Positions 1 to 12,231 of a DNA stretch of 64,000 nt are shown piece after piece. The stretch spans positions 232,688,001-232,752,000 of the forward strand of contig NC_086097.1 in assembly GCF_963921235.1 (NCBI RefSeq), read 5' to 3'. The position numbers and the translations under genes were made by a program. The DNA is from Mobula hypostoma. Its lineage: Eukaryota. Numbering within the stretch: position 1 is the stretch's first letter; the number at the start of each line of letters is the position of its first letter. The notes beneath the pieces are model-generated. The model was not told where the DNA came from. It ran no database searches and saw nothing but the letters and a program-made list of their open reading frames with translations.

Positions 1-56
1 ATAGTTTGCTGTTTTCTGCACACTGGTTGCTCTTTCACTGATCCTGTTATAGTTAC

Positions 57-951
57 TGTGACAAGAATACACATAGATTAAGATGTAGCTGTCCTGTGCT
101 GGCACCAGTGGGATCAGCAGTTGGTCTGCCACCTGTCTTCAGGAGAGAGAGAGATAAGGAAAACAATGGAGCAGCATTTGGAGATGTGTAATGAAGGGAC
201 GGGAGAGAGAGTAACAGAAGGAGAGGGCTGTCAAGAGCGGCTGCCCCTTTGAACCTTGAACTGTTTGAAGTGATGGATAGGCGATACCCCAGCAGGGGGA
301 TAAAACGGGAATGGTTCGCTAAGGCAAGACACACATGACACCCGAGGTAATGAGACCCTGGAAGCGGTGCGCCTTTCACAAGTCGGTGGAAAGCTGTTGG
401 ACGGCTGATCGCGGGATCAAGCCATAGACGCTCAGGGTGGAAAGGCACGATCGGCGGGAACTTGGTGTGTGTCCACCCTTGCCTGGGTGCCAGGTTCACC
501 GCAGAGAAACGATCGTGTCTGGAGACGGAGGGGTCGCGGTTGGTGACTTCAGATGACATCACAAAGGACTCGCCCGAAAGCTGACTGCGAAGGTCTGTGT
601 GGAAAGCTTGAATATTCATTCATTTTTGCTCTCTCTCTCCTTCCCCCACACTGTCCACCTCCCACGGCAGCGATTACTGCGAACTGAACTGAACTAAATT
701 GAACTGAACTTTGCGTCACTTTGAAACTGGTCATTTACCCCTAGACAACGATAGAGCTTGATTGATCCTGTTATCTTAATTCTGTGCACATGTGTGTTTA
801 TCATTGCTGAACTGTTGCATTTATTATCCTTTTGATTAGAGTACTGTGTTGCTTGTTTCTTTAATAAAACTTTCTTAGTTCTAGTAATCCAGACTCCAAC
901 TGAGTGATCCATTTCTGCTGGTTTGGCAACCCAGTTACGGGGTACGTAACA
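57..951 (+). mobile_element. Solo LTR (Gypsy- or ERV-type), 895 bp
   Basis: Termini TGTGAC...GTAACA, a 4-bp TSD TTAC (53-56 and 952-955), TATA-like GATAAAA at ~299 and AATAAA at ~863. It interrupts a Rex-type 3' tail whose uninterrupted form is at ~1530-1670. Confidence 0.85.
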
Positions 952-1374
952 TTACTATCCTATAGATTTGCTGAGTATGCCCACAGAAAAGTGAACCTCA
1001 GGGTTGTATATGGTGATATGTCTGTACTTTAATAATAAAATTACTTTGAACCTTACTGACTGCACTCTTGTTCAGCGGGAATCTTATTTCTGGGAAGTCG
1101 GAAATATATTTCTAGTCTAGGCTCACCCTTGCTATTTCTATGGCCTCCCTTGCAAATGATTATGTTCCAAACACATGATCTCCCCTTCGGCCCTTCCAAC
1201 ATAAAGTGTCACTGCAGCCTGTTTTTAACTTCTCATAAAACGAGTTTAAGAAGTCCGAAAATTGACAAGCAGGTGTTATGAAAGTGCCTGGACTGGACTC
1301 AGCTGTTTTGATTTAAGTACGTGCCTGCCTGATTGAAATGGGACCCCTCATTGATGAAACGTTGAGAATAATAT

Positions 1375-1675
1375 GTTACTACTCCTCGACCATCAGGCTG
1401 TTGAATAAAAGGGGATAACTACACTCACTTGCCCCATCATTGAGATGTTCCCACAAACAATGGTCGTACTTTAAGGATTCTTTATCTCACGGTCTTGTTA
1501 ATTATTGCCATTTATTTACACCTGCATTTGCACAATTTGTTGTTTTCTGCACTCTGGTTGATCTTTCATTGATCCTGTTATAGTTACTATTCTATAGATG
1601 TGCTGAGTATGCCCACAGGAAAAGTAATCTCAGGGTTCTATAGTGACATATATGTACTTTGGTAATAAAACTGAC
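1375..1675 (+). mobile_element. Rex1/Babar-type LINE 3' end; a related split copy lies at 1-56 and 952-1050
   Basis: Same 3' UTR sequence (gatcctgttatagttact...cagggttgtatatggtgac...aataaa) recurs attached to Rex-type ORF ends elsewhere in the window. Confidence 0.65.
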
Positions 1676-1739
1676 TGAAATTTATTACCTCATTATGGCA
1701 AATGTTCATAATCACATGACATAAATTTGTGATCACTAT

Positions 1740-2705
1740 AAGCAGAATCATAACCAGGTTTATTACCACTGAAGTTATGTCATGAAATTTTGTTGTTTTG
1801 TGGCAGCAGTACAGTGGAATACATTTAAAAAACACTCTAAGTTACAATAAGAAATATAGAACCAAGGAAGTATGTGCATAAAGAGTGTGTCCATCAATAT
1901 TTGCAGCACATCTCTGTGGCACCTCATTTCTTGTTACAGATACTGTAGCTACCACTTTGAAGGTTCTGTTTGAAGGTTCTGACCCACTTCCCATTGATGT
2001 TGGCAGCTCCGATGTCTGCAGGCAGCTACTGCATTGAAAAACACACATCATGCTTTAGAATACTAAAATGGGGAGGACTGCCCTGGTGACTCTTTTTTAA
2101 AAAGGAAGATGAATTTCTCCAATTTAGTCATTTGTAATAGGCACTACAATTGGGAATTCAGGCTAAAGGGAGCACATATTTACCAAACAAAATGCTGGAG
2201 GAGCTCAGGGGGCCAGGCAGCATCTATGGAAAAGAGTTAACAGTCCACGTTTCATCCTGGTGAGGGTTCTCATCGACTGTTTACTCTTTTCCGTAGATGC
2301 TGCCTGCCCTGCTGAGTTCCTCCAGCACTTTGTGTGTCCTGCTTTGGATTTCCAGCATCCGCAGATTTCTAAACATCTCAACAGATAGGTCACTTGGCTC
2401 ACAGAGCATGTCAGCGTCAGTGATCTGGGTTCAATCCTGATCTCGGGTGCTGCCTAAGTGGTGTTCGCACGTCTTCATGTGACTATGTGGGTGTTTCTGG
2501 CTTCCTCCCACGTCCCAAACGAGTGTGAGCTGGTAGGTTAACTGGCCAAACTAAATTGACCCTACTGTGTATGAGTGGTAGAAGCTAGAGGATTTGAGAG
2601 AGTGGAATTAACATGGGAATGGATGGTTGATGAATGGTGTGGCCAAAAGGACTGTTTCCATGGTGTTTCTCAATAATACTATGACTCTTAAGAACATTCA
2701 ATTTA
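1740..2705. repeat. Composite duplicated unit, copy A (Rex tail + unique segment + V-SINE, with an extra Penelope-derived hairpin at ~2185-2370)
   Basis: Colinear similarity to 51305-52113, e.g. aagtatgtgcataaagagtgtgtccatcaatatttgc...gaaggttctgtttgaagg...ttctaaacatctcaa...aagaacattcaattt. Confidence 0.9.
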
Positions 2706-3049
2706 ACTTTAGCTAGTTTATGAAGGATAAAGTGACACGTCCCATAAAGAATCAAGCAAATTATCGAGGGAAACGAGCAATCTCAAAGCATTACTTCATG
2801 AGAGCATAGCATCTTCTTAGTATTGTGATGTGATCATGCCTAAAATTAGGTGAAAGTCTACTTCCTATCCATACTTAATATTTACTCAACACCACAATAT
2901 AGACATTGCTACTTCAAGTGGTTATCAATCTCCCCTCACTGGCAAAGAAAGGGTAACAATGGAGGAACTTTGACTACAGTGCTGCTTCTCCACAGGATGC
3001 ACAATTGCAAACATTTTCAATGCAATATGAACCTTAAAACTATGTCCTC

Positions 3050-3352
3050 TTGTGCTAGGGCTGAAATGGCTAGCACGAGAAGGCATAGTTTTAAGGTGCC
3101 TGGAAGTAGATACAGAGGAGATGTCAGGGGTAAGTAACTTACGCAGAGTGGTGAGTGTGTGGAATGGGCTGCCGGCGGTGGTGGTGGAGGCAGATATGAT
3201 AGGGTCTTTTAAGAAACTCCTGGATAGGTACATGGAGCTCAGAAAAATAGAGGGCTATGGCTAAGCCTAGGTAATTTCTAAGGTAAGGACATGTTTGGCA
3301 CAGCTTTGAGGGCCAAAGGGCCTGTATTGTGCTGTAGGTTTTCTATGTTTCT
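3050..3352 (+). mobile_element. CR1 LINE 3' fragment
   Basis: Encodes RVVSVWNGLP...FKKLLDRYM (CR1 ORF2 C-terminus) and ends in a ttctatgtttcta tail. Confidence 0.8.
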
Positions 3353-4734
3353 AAATTACAGGAAAGTCAGTAGATTCTGAACAGATTAAAATAATATTTC
3401 AATCTTTCTTAAAAGATTATGGTTTGTCAGTTTTTTCCTTAACCTCTTGAGCAAGTTCCTTCTTTATTTTACTGTAAAGTATTTAAACTGGTAGTTAAAT
3501 AGAATAGGTACATACTTTAGTTTCTGGACTGCCGCCTGTGAAAGGTGATTGGCTGCTCTGCCTGATTGGTGATGTCACTGTTGCTAGATGCCACAGATCC
3601 TCTGCACAAGATGTTAAACAGCAGCACTTGTCAAGCGAGGAGAAATCTGCAGTTCACGGCTCACTGAAGCATTTTTGGACTTGTTGAGGACAGTGACAAG
3701 AACAATTTCTTTACTGTTGATGGATAAAATACTGTCCTTTGTTTCTCTCCTTGTGCTTTTAAACCCAGCATTTATTCAGTGGTCGTTTAGGCAAGAAATA
3801 AGCAAGCTGAATAATGATTAAACCCAAACTGGGTAATCTTTTACTGGACTAAATTCAAATCCAATGAAAACTAACTCTGGAGAATAAGTTTCTACTTATT
3901 TATTTCACCATCTATTATTTTCTATGACTATCATAACTGTGCAAGGTCCACCCTGTTATTTTCTTTCCAGCCAGTTCACAATTCTTTGCTGTTATCCAGA
4001 GAAAGCCTCTTCAATATTTTAACCATATGATTTGCCATGACAACGGAGAATGAAGGGATAAAAACGAGCCTATCGGAAAAAGGCCAGCTCTTCAGGGAAT
4101 GCAGCTGATAAACAGCACTGTTCCTGCATGGCAACAGATCACTGTAGTCCTATGCGAGCCAAAATTGATGAGGAAGATTCCATTTCTTCACTCTTCATTT
4201 TCATAATCAATACTCCCATTACGTTACTGATATTGCTCAGATTTTTGAGTTCTTTTTCTTTCCTAATTCATTAAACTATTATAAGTGGACCGCAAGCCTG
4301 GAAATATAATAAACTGAAGATAAAAATACATAGATTTATTTTCCACAATTTGAATTATTTGATGGATTGGCATGGATTACTCCACACAAGCAAATCTTCC
4401 AAAAGGGATTACGATGGGTGTGTTATGTCGTGCAACTGAACATAACTTTTCCAAAAACCATAGAAGTTCAACCCTACAAAAAAATCTTCTTTCTTCAGCC
4501 CACAGCGATGGAAATTATAACTAGATGGAACAGGAGAATTTTCAGGGCTGTGAGTTTCTGCCTTTGTTCCCAATGCTGTTACATGATTACTTTTCATTAA
4601 TGTCATTCAATTGAATCAAGATGCATATTGGCCTCAGCAATTAGTTTGATTTAAATCTTGGCGTAAATATGTTCAACTATACAATTGACAAACCCTTTAA
4701 AGACTGAACTTTTTAATATCTGTTATACTAATTA

Positions 4735-6330
4735 TAAGACCATAAGATATAGGAGCAGAATTAGGCCATTTGGCCCATCAAGTCTGCTCTGCCATTTCAC
4801 TGTGGCTGATCCATTTTTCCTTTCAGCCCCAATCTCCTGCCTTCCCCTCTTATCCCTTCATGCCCTGACCAATCAAGAATCTATCAACCTCTGCCTTAAA
4901 TATACATACTGTCTTGGCTCCACAGCTGCCTATGCAATGAATTCCACAGTTTCACCACTCTCCGGTGAAAGAAATTCCTCCTCATCTCTGTTCTAAAATG
5001 GCACCCTTCTATTCTGAGGCTGTGTCCTCTGGTCTTAGACTCTCCTCCCCACAGGAGACATCCTCTCCAGATCCACTCTATCAAGGCTTTTCACCATTTG
5101 ACTGGTTTCAGTGAGGTCACCCCTTGTTCTTCCAAATTCCAGTGAATACAGGCCCAGAGCCATCAGACTCTCTTCATATGACAAGCCATTCAAACCTAGA
5201 ATTATTTTCGTGGACTTCCTTTGAACCCCTCCAGTTTCAGCACATTGTTTCTAAGATAAGGAGCCCAAAACTGCTCACAATGCTCCAAGTGAGGCTTCAC
5301 CAGTGCTTTATAAAGTTTCAACATTACCTCCTTGCTTTTCATATTCTTGTCCTTTGAAATGAATGTTAACATCATATTTATCTTCCTCACTTCAGATTCA
5401 ACCTGCAAATTAACCTTCAGGGAACCCTGCAGAAGGGCCCCAAGTCCCTCTGCACCTCAGTATTTTGTATTTTCTCTCCACTTAGAAAATAGTCAACACT
5501 TTCATTTCTTCTACTGAAGTGAATGACCATACACTTTCAGACTCTGTTTTCCATCTGCCATTTCTTTGCCCGTCCTTCTAATCTGTAGCCTCTCTACCTG
5601 CTCAAAACTACCTGCTCCTCCACCTTCCTTCATATTGTATTTAAACTTTGCAACAAAGCCATCAATTCCATCACCCAAATCATTGACATATAATGTAAAA
5701 AGAATCAGTCCCAACACAGACCCCTGTGGACGCCACTAGTCACCAGCAGCCAACCAGAAAAGGCTCCCTGTATTCCCACTCTATTCCTCCTGCCAATAAA
5801 CCACTGCTTTATCTATGCTAGAATCTTTCCTTCCATACCATGGGCTGGTAGCTTGTTAAGCAGCCTTGTGTGAGGCACCTTGTCAAAGGCCTTCTGAAAA
5901 TCCAAGTACACAACATCAACTGGTTCTTTGTCTATTTCTTCAAAGAATTGCAACAGATATGTCAGGCCAGACTTTTCTTTGAGGAAACCATGTTGACTAT
6001 GGCCTATCTCATGTGCCTCCAGGTACCCAAAAAACCACATCCTTAACAATTGACTCCATCTTCCCAACACTGAGGCCAGACCAAGAGGCTTATAATTTTC
6101 TTTCTTCTGCTTCTCTCCCTTTTTGAAGAGTGGAGTGACATTTGCAAGTTCTCCAGTCTTCTGGAACCATTCCAGAGTCTAGTGATTCTTGAAAGATCAT
6201 TACTAATGCCTCCACAATCTCTTCAGCCACCTCTTTCTGAACCCTGGGGTGTACACCATCTGGTTCAGGTGACTTATGTACCTTCAGACCTTTCAGTTTC
6301 CCAAGAACCTTCTCTCTAGTAATTATTTGT
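4735..6330 (-). mobile_element. Decayed CR1 LINE (RT and 3' end)
   Basis: Fragments KSPEPDGVHPRV, QHGFLK, VYLDFQKAFDKVPH, LFTLYVNDL, LYKALVKPHLE and RNFFHRRVVKLWNSL; (tcttatgg)n tail at the left end. Confidence 0.9.
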
Positions 6331-6349
6331 TCACTGCAGGTACTACCTA

Positions 6350-6735
6350 CCCAGCAAACTGCCTTTTCCAATAGCTCCCATCTGGAAAGTGCTATTAAAA
6401 CAAAAAAACTTTATGCCATCTTTAAAGTTGTCTCCCCAGGAACTTAAATTGATTAACCACCTCCCCCCTCCCATTTATTACTTGAGTCCCTGCACTGTAA
6501 AACTTGAAACCAAGTTCTATAATGCTGTTTACATTGTAAATACATACTGGTATTTATGTATTTATGCACATTTTATTGCATATCTGTACTTTAATCTCAG
6601 GTTTATTTTTATATAACTCTTTATTCTTAATTTTTTGAATGTTGCTGTTTTTGTTGCATGTCACGCCAATGCACCATGGCAAATTCCTAATACATGTAAA
6701 TGTATATGGTGAATAAAACTGATCCTTGATCTTTG
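6350..6735 (+). mobile_element. Rex1/Babar-type LINE 3' remnant
   Basis: Degenerate LPSGK-like C-terminus followed by an AT-rich UTR ending aataaaactgatccttgatc. Confidence 0.5.
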
Positions 6736-7214
6736 AAACAGTGCATCATTAGTTACATTAATGTTCACATATAAACTGGCTCTGTAAAATATTAATATTT
6801 AATAATGACGATGGATTCCTGTTTCTGGTATGAAAGCTCTGATCCCTTCAAGAGACAACGTTAATCTCATGCACTCCTGAGGAAACATACGCACCTGGGT
6901 GCAAAATTGTGCAAACTGAATTGCTGTCAGGATCCCAAGTGAATGCCTGCAGCACAAGTTAATTGTTCAGGCTGTGGAACAGCGGTTGGGAAAATGAAAA
7001 AAAACTTGACAAGAGAGACCCAAGGTTTAACAGGCAGGCGCTTGCCTCCAGCTGCTGTTCGACTTGACAGCAAAGCTCAACTATATCCTCAGAGACTGTA
7101 GGGTAAACGAACAGACTGAACGACTGAATGCTGATGGTGCCAGAAGAACCTATTTAAAGAGGACTCTGGTCAGTCTGAGGTTGGAGACCTTTCTTTAATG
7201 TAAAATACAGTCAA

Positions 7215-9257
7215 TCAAACTGAAATGAGGAAGGACACGTTGTTTTCTGGCAAAAAGTGTACTTGGTAAGTGAGAGGCCTTCCAAACTGAAACTTTGAGC
7301 ATACAGTTTGTATGTTCCTGTCAGAATAAAAGGAAATGCTAACAGGTTTAGGGATCCTTGGTTTTTGAGAGATACTGAGGCCCTGATTAAGGAAAAGAAG
7401 GAGATAATTGAAGGAACAAACGAAGTACTTGAGTATAAGAAATGCAAGAGGACACTGAAGAAGGAAATCAGGAGAACTAAAAGAAGGCATGCAGTTGCCC
7501 TAGCAGACAAGGTGAAGAGAATCCTAAGGGATTCTGCAGATATGTTAAGAGCAAAAGTATAGCCAGGGACAAAATTGATCCACTGGAAGATCAGAGTGGT
7601 AATCTATGCGTGGAGCCAAAAGAGATGAGGGAGGTCTTAAATGGATTCTTAACGTCTGTATTTATTCAGGAGACAGACACAGAGTCTATGGAAGTGAGGC
7701 AAAACAGCAGTGAGGTCGTGGACCCGATACAGATGACAAAGGAGGAGGTGTTTGCTTTCTGGAGGGAAATTAGGTTGGATAAATTCCCAGGGACTGGCAA
7801 AGTGTTCCCTTGGACTCTGTGAAAGGCCAGTGGAAAAATTGCAAGGGCACTAGCACAGATATTTAACATATCCTCAGCCACGGGTGAGGTGCTGGAGGAT
7901 TAGAGCATAGCCTATGTTGTTCCATTGTTTAAACAGTAGGCCAGGACATTATAGACCAATGAGCCTGACATCAGTACTGGGAAGGTGTTTTAAGGGACTG
8001 GATATATGAGTACTTGGATAGACAGAGACTGATTAGGTGTAGTCAGTGTGTGGTATGTCATGTTCTAACCAAGCTTATTGAATATTTCAAGAACGTTACC
8101 AGGAAAGTTGATGAAGGTAAGGCAGTGGATGTTGTCTACATAGACTGTGACAGCATGGGAGGTTGGTTAGGAAGGTTCAGTCGCTTCGTATTCATGATGA
8201 GGAAGTAAAGTCGATTAGACATTGGCTTCGAGGGAGAAGCTAGAGAGTGGTAATAGATGTCTGCCTCTCTGACTGGAGGCCTGTAACTAGCAGTGTGCTG
8301 CAAAGATCGGTGCTGGGTCTGTTGTTCTCTGGATGATAATGTAATAAATGGGGTCAGCAAATCTGCATATGACACCCAAGATGGGGGTGTAGTGGACAGC
8401 GAAGAAGACTATTAAAGCTTGTGGCAGGATCTGGACCAGCTGGAAAAATGGCAGACGGAATTTAGTACAGACAAGAGTGAGGTGTTGCACTTTGGGAGGA
8501 CCAACATGCTCCCTTTGGTAAATCTGTCGCAGTAGGGCAGTGAGGAGTGCAGTAGAACAGAGGGATCTGGAAATACAGATCCATAATTCCTTAAAAGTAC
8601 TGTCATAGGTTGCTAGGGTTGTAAAGAAAGCTCTTAGCACATTGGCCTTCATAAATCAATGTACTGAGTGCAGGAGTTGGGATGTAATGTTGAAATTGTA
8701 CAAAATGTTAGAAAGGCCTAATTTGGAGTATTGTGTGCAGTTTTGGTCACCTACCTACCAGACAGAAGTAAATAAGATTGAAAGAGTGCAGAGAAAATTT
8801 ACAAGGATGTTGCTGGAGCATGAGGATCTGAGTTACAGAGAAAGATTGAATGGGTTGGGACTTTATTCCCTAGAACAGAGAAGGTTAAGGGGAGATTTGG
8901 TAGACATTTACAAAATAATTACAAAGGGTAAATGTAAGCAGGCTTTTTCCACAGAGATTGGGTAATTCTATGACTAGAGGTCCCGGATTAAGGGTGAAAG
9001 GTGAAAGGTTTAAGTGGAACACGAGGGGGATCTACCTCATTCCGAGGGTGGTGAAAGTTTGGACTGAGCTGCCAGCGCAAATGGGAGATGTTGATTTGAT
9101 TTCAAAATTTAAGATAAATTTGGATGAGTACATGGATGAGAGGGGTATGGAGGGATATAGCCTGGGTGCAGATTGGTGAAACTAGGCAAATTAATGGTTT
9201 GGCATAGACCAGCTGCTCTGAAGGGCCTGTTTCTGTGCTGTACTTTTCTATGACTCT
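7215..9257 (+). mobile_element. Decayed CR1 LINE
   Basis: Fragments LNGFLTSVF, DKFPGTG, DEGKAVDVVY, LYKMLERPNLEYCVQFWSP and RVVKVWTELP; tail ttctatgactcta. Confidence 0.9.
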
Positions 9258-9676
9258 AAAGAAGTTCATGTCCACACTCCATTTTGACTACAATCCCACC
9301 AACTTGTACTCACCACATAGAGGAAGTTAAATCCATATGATTTTAATAGATTAAAAATGGAATAAGAAGTTAAATAGGGAGATAAAACTTTATGGACCTG
9401 TCTTCAAATAGAGGCGGCTGTAACGAGAACCGTATGCTGTGCAATCACTTCGTTCAACGCCAGTCTTAGGAACAAACAAGAAAAAATCTGCAGATGCTGG
9501 AAACCCCAGCAACACACAAAATGCAGGAGGAACTCAGCCAGCCAGGCAGCATCTAGGAAAAGAGTACAGTAGATGTTTTAGGCTGAAGCCCTTCCGCCAG
9601 TCTTGGGAGGCTATCTTCAACAAGCAATGCCTCAAGAAGGTAGCATTCATCATGAAGATCCCTCACCATCCAGGAC

Positions 9677-9945
9677 GAGCCGGCTGGTGGCGCAATGGCA
9701 TCAGTGCCGGACTCCGGAGCAAAAACTCCCGAGTTCGAATCCAAGTCGGACCACCACCCCCCAAGTACGCTTTCCATCCGTGCCGGGTTGAGCATCGAGC
9801 TAGCCACTTGGCCTCGTTAAAAAAAAAAGGGGTCGAGTCAGGAACGTTCATATCATGACCCTGTTAATCCCAATGGAGACCAATCCTGACACTACACGTG
9901 CCAGACAAGAACAGTTGACTGTCTGGTGCGACACACTAAAAAAAC
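9677..9945 (+). mobile_element. tRNA-derived SINE with A-tail, inserted in a Rex fragment (9605-10212)
   Basis: A-box TGGCGCAATGG, B-box GTTCGAATC, oligo-A end, and an 11-bp TSD CCATCCAGGAC (9666-9676 and 9946-9956). Confidence 0.85.
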
Positions 9946-10349
9946 CCATCCAGGACATGCCCTCTTCTCATTACTACCATCAGGGAGGAGGTGTAGAAGC
10001 CCAAGGATGCATGTTCAATGATTTAGGAACACCCTCTTCCCCTCCGTTCCATGAACCCACGAATACCACCTCACTATTTTACTCTCTCTTTACTATTAAC
10101 TTTTTAATATACTTTTATTGTAATTTATAGTAATTTTTATGTACTCACTGTATTGCCATCACAAAACAACAAATTTCACAGTGTATGTCAGTGATAATAA
10201 ACCAGATTCTGAATTTTATCTGTATCTATTGAAAATATTGTTGACAAAATATTTCTACTTATAAAATATAAATTCACAAGTAAAATCATCAGACCTTCAA
10301 AAATGCTGAAATAATTACAAAATGGAAATGAAAATTCTGTCAAACTTAC

Positions 10350-11390
10350 TTCAAAGTAAATTTATTATCAAAGTACATGTACGTCACCGTATATGACCCT
10401 GAGATTCATTTGCTTGCAGGCATACTCAATAAATCCAATAACCATAATACAGTCAATTGAAGACTGCACAGGATGGATAAACAAACAAGGTGCAAAAGAC
10501 AACAAGCTGTGTAAATACAAAAGAAAGAATAATAATAATAAATAAATAAATATCGAGAAAACAAGATGGAGGAGTCCTTGAAAGTGGGTTAATTGGTTGT
10601 GGGAACAGTTCAATGATAGGGCGAGTGAAGTTAAGTGAAGTTGTCCCCACTTGTTTTAAGAGCCTGATGGTTGAGGGGTCATAAGACCATAAGACAAAGG
10701 AGCAGAAGTCGGCCATTCGGCCCATCGAGTCTGCTCCGCCATTTTATCATGAGCTGATCCATTCTCCCATTTAGTCCCACTTCCCCACCTTCTCACCATA
10801 ACCTTTGATGCCCTGGCTACTCAGATACCTATCAATCTCTGCCTTAAATACACCCAATGACTTGGTGTCCACTGCTGCCCGTGACAACAAATTCCATAGA
10901 TTCACCACCCTCTGACTAAAAAAATTTCTTCGCATTTCTGTTCTGAATGGGCGTCCTTCAATCCTTAAGTCATAATAACCGGTGGTGTGGGTCCTGAGGC
11001 CCCCATATCTTCTTCTTGGTGGCTGCAGTGAGAAGAGAGCATAGCATGGATAGTGGGGTTTTTGATGATGGGTGCTGCTTTTCTGCGATTGCACTCCGCA
11101 CAGATGAGCTCAATGGTGGGGAGGGTTTTACCGGTGATGGACTGGGCTGTATCCACCACTTTTTGTAGGATTTTCTGTTCAAAGGTATAGGTGTTTCCAT
11201 ACCAGGTTGAGATGCAGCCAGTCAACGTACTCTCCATTACACATCTCTAGAAGTTTGTCAAAGTTTAACACATCATGCCAAATCTTCGCAAACACCTGAC
11301 TAAGTAGAGACATTACCCTGCTTTCTTCATAAATGCTCTTATGCACTGGGTCCAGAACAGATCCTCTGAAATTATAACACCGAGGGATTT
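10350..11390 (-). mobile_element. Rex1/Babar LINE 3' part, interrupted by a young CR1 fragment
   Basis: ESTLTGCISTWYGN (DUF1891-like) and HYPCYALFSLQPPRRRY; typical tail. Confidence 0.8.
10685..10968 (-). mobile_element. Young 5'-truncated CR1 insertion
   Basis: Encodes RNFFSQRVVNLWNLL. TSD GTCATAA (10678-10684 and 10969-10975). Nearly identical to 18887-19172 in inverted orientation. Confidence 0.9.
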
Positions 11391-12231
11391 GGCTGCACAA
11401 GCTCAGTGATTGGGAACTGCCATTAGATTTGTCACCACAGAGGAAATCTCAGGCTAGGAGCAATGTGCAGCCAAGCAAAGAGAGAGGGCATCAACTTCCA
11501 ACTCATGTCAGCGCTGAGCCAATGCAAGATTCACCCAAGCCTGTCCTACGCCAACAACCCCCCCACAGGCAGCCTCCTCACATTGATGCGAGGATGAATC
11601 ATTGTTGAGTTTGCAGCAGTCACGTTCAGTGCACAACTGATGCTTCTTGCTATATAATGAGTAATGACTCCTGTTAGTGCTCCTTCCATTAAAACTCATT
11701 CATGGGAATGCATCCTGAGCACGATGTGCAATTTACCAATAGTTATCTTGCTATGCCTTATAGCAATGAATAAAACATAGAACAGTACAGCACATTACAG
11801 GCACTTCGACCTATGATGTTGTGCCGACTCCTTAACTCAAAGAACAATCTAACCCTTCCCTCCTTTATAGCCCACCATTTTCTTTCATCCATTTGCCTAT
11901 CTAACAATCTCCTAAATACCCCCATTGTATTTGACTCTACCCCCATCCCTAGCAACTTGTCACAATGCACTGACAATCTGTAACAAAACCTGTCTCTCAC
12001 ATCCCCCCCCACCGATACTTCAAACACCTTAAAGTTAAGGCCCCCCCTCCACCGCCGTATTAGCCATTTCCACCCCTGGAGAAATGTCTCTGGCTGTCCA
12101 CTCTATCTACACCATCATAGCATCATGAGAACTGCACTTCTACTCTCTCTTATGTCTAAATGAGTTTAATGTTCCAATCAGTTACGGTTCCAGAGTTAAT
12201 GTGCAGAAAGATACAAAAGACAATGACAGAG

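Noticed and set aside
53..619. 188-aa minus-strand ORF
   Set aside because: It lies almost entirely within the solo LTR, antisense to it, and has no recognisable domain.
1842..2051. Conserved small protein shared with ORF 51322-51546 (SEPSNRTFKVVA...)
   Set aside because: The similarity follows from the DNA duplication. Starts, ends and indels differ between the copies, so there is no sign of coding constraint.
2185..2370. miRNA precursor, CRISPR repeat or TIR-type MITE interpretation of the palindromes
   Set aside because: The arms are Penelope 3'-terminal sequence, seen non-palindromic next to GIY-YIG ORFs. Ends are asymmetric, TSDs are variable and long, and there is no repeat-spacer periodicity.
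9677..9750. tRNA gene
   Set aside because: A and B boxes are present, but they continue into a SINE body with an A-tail and TSD, and there is no convincing acceptor stem.
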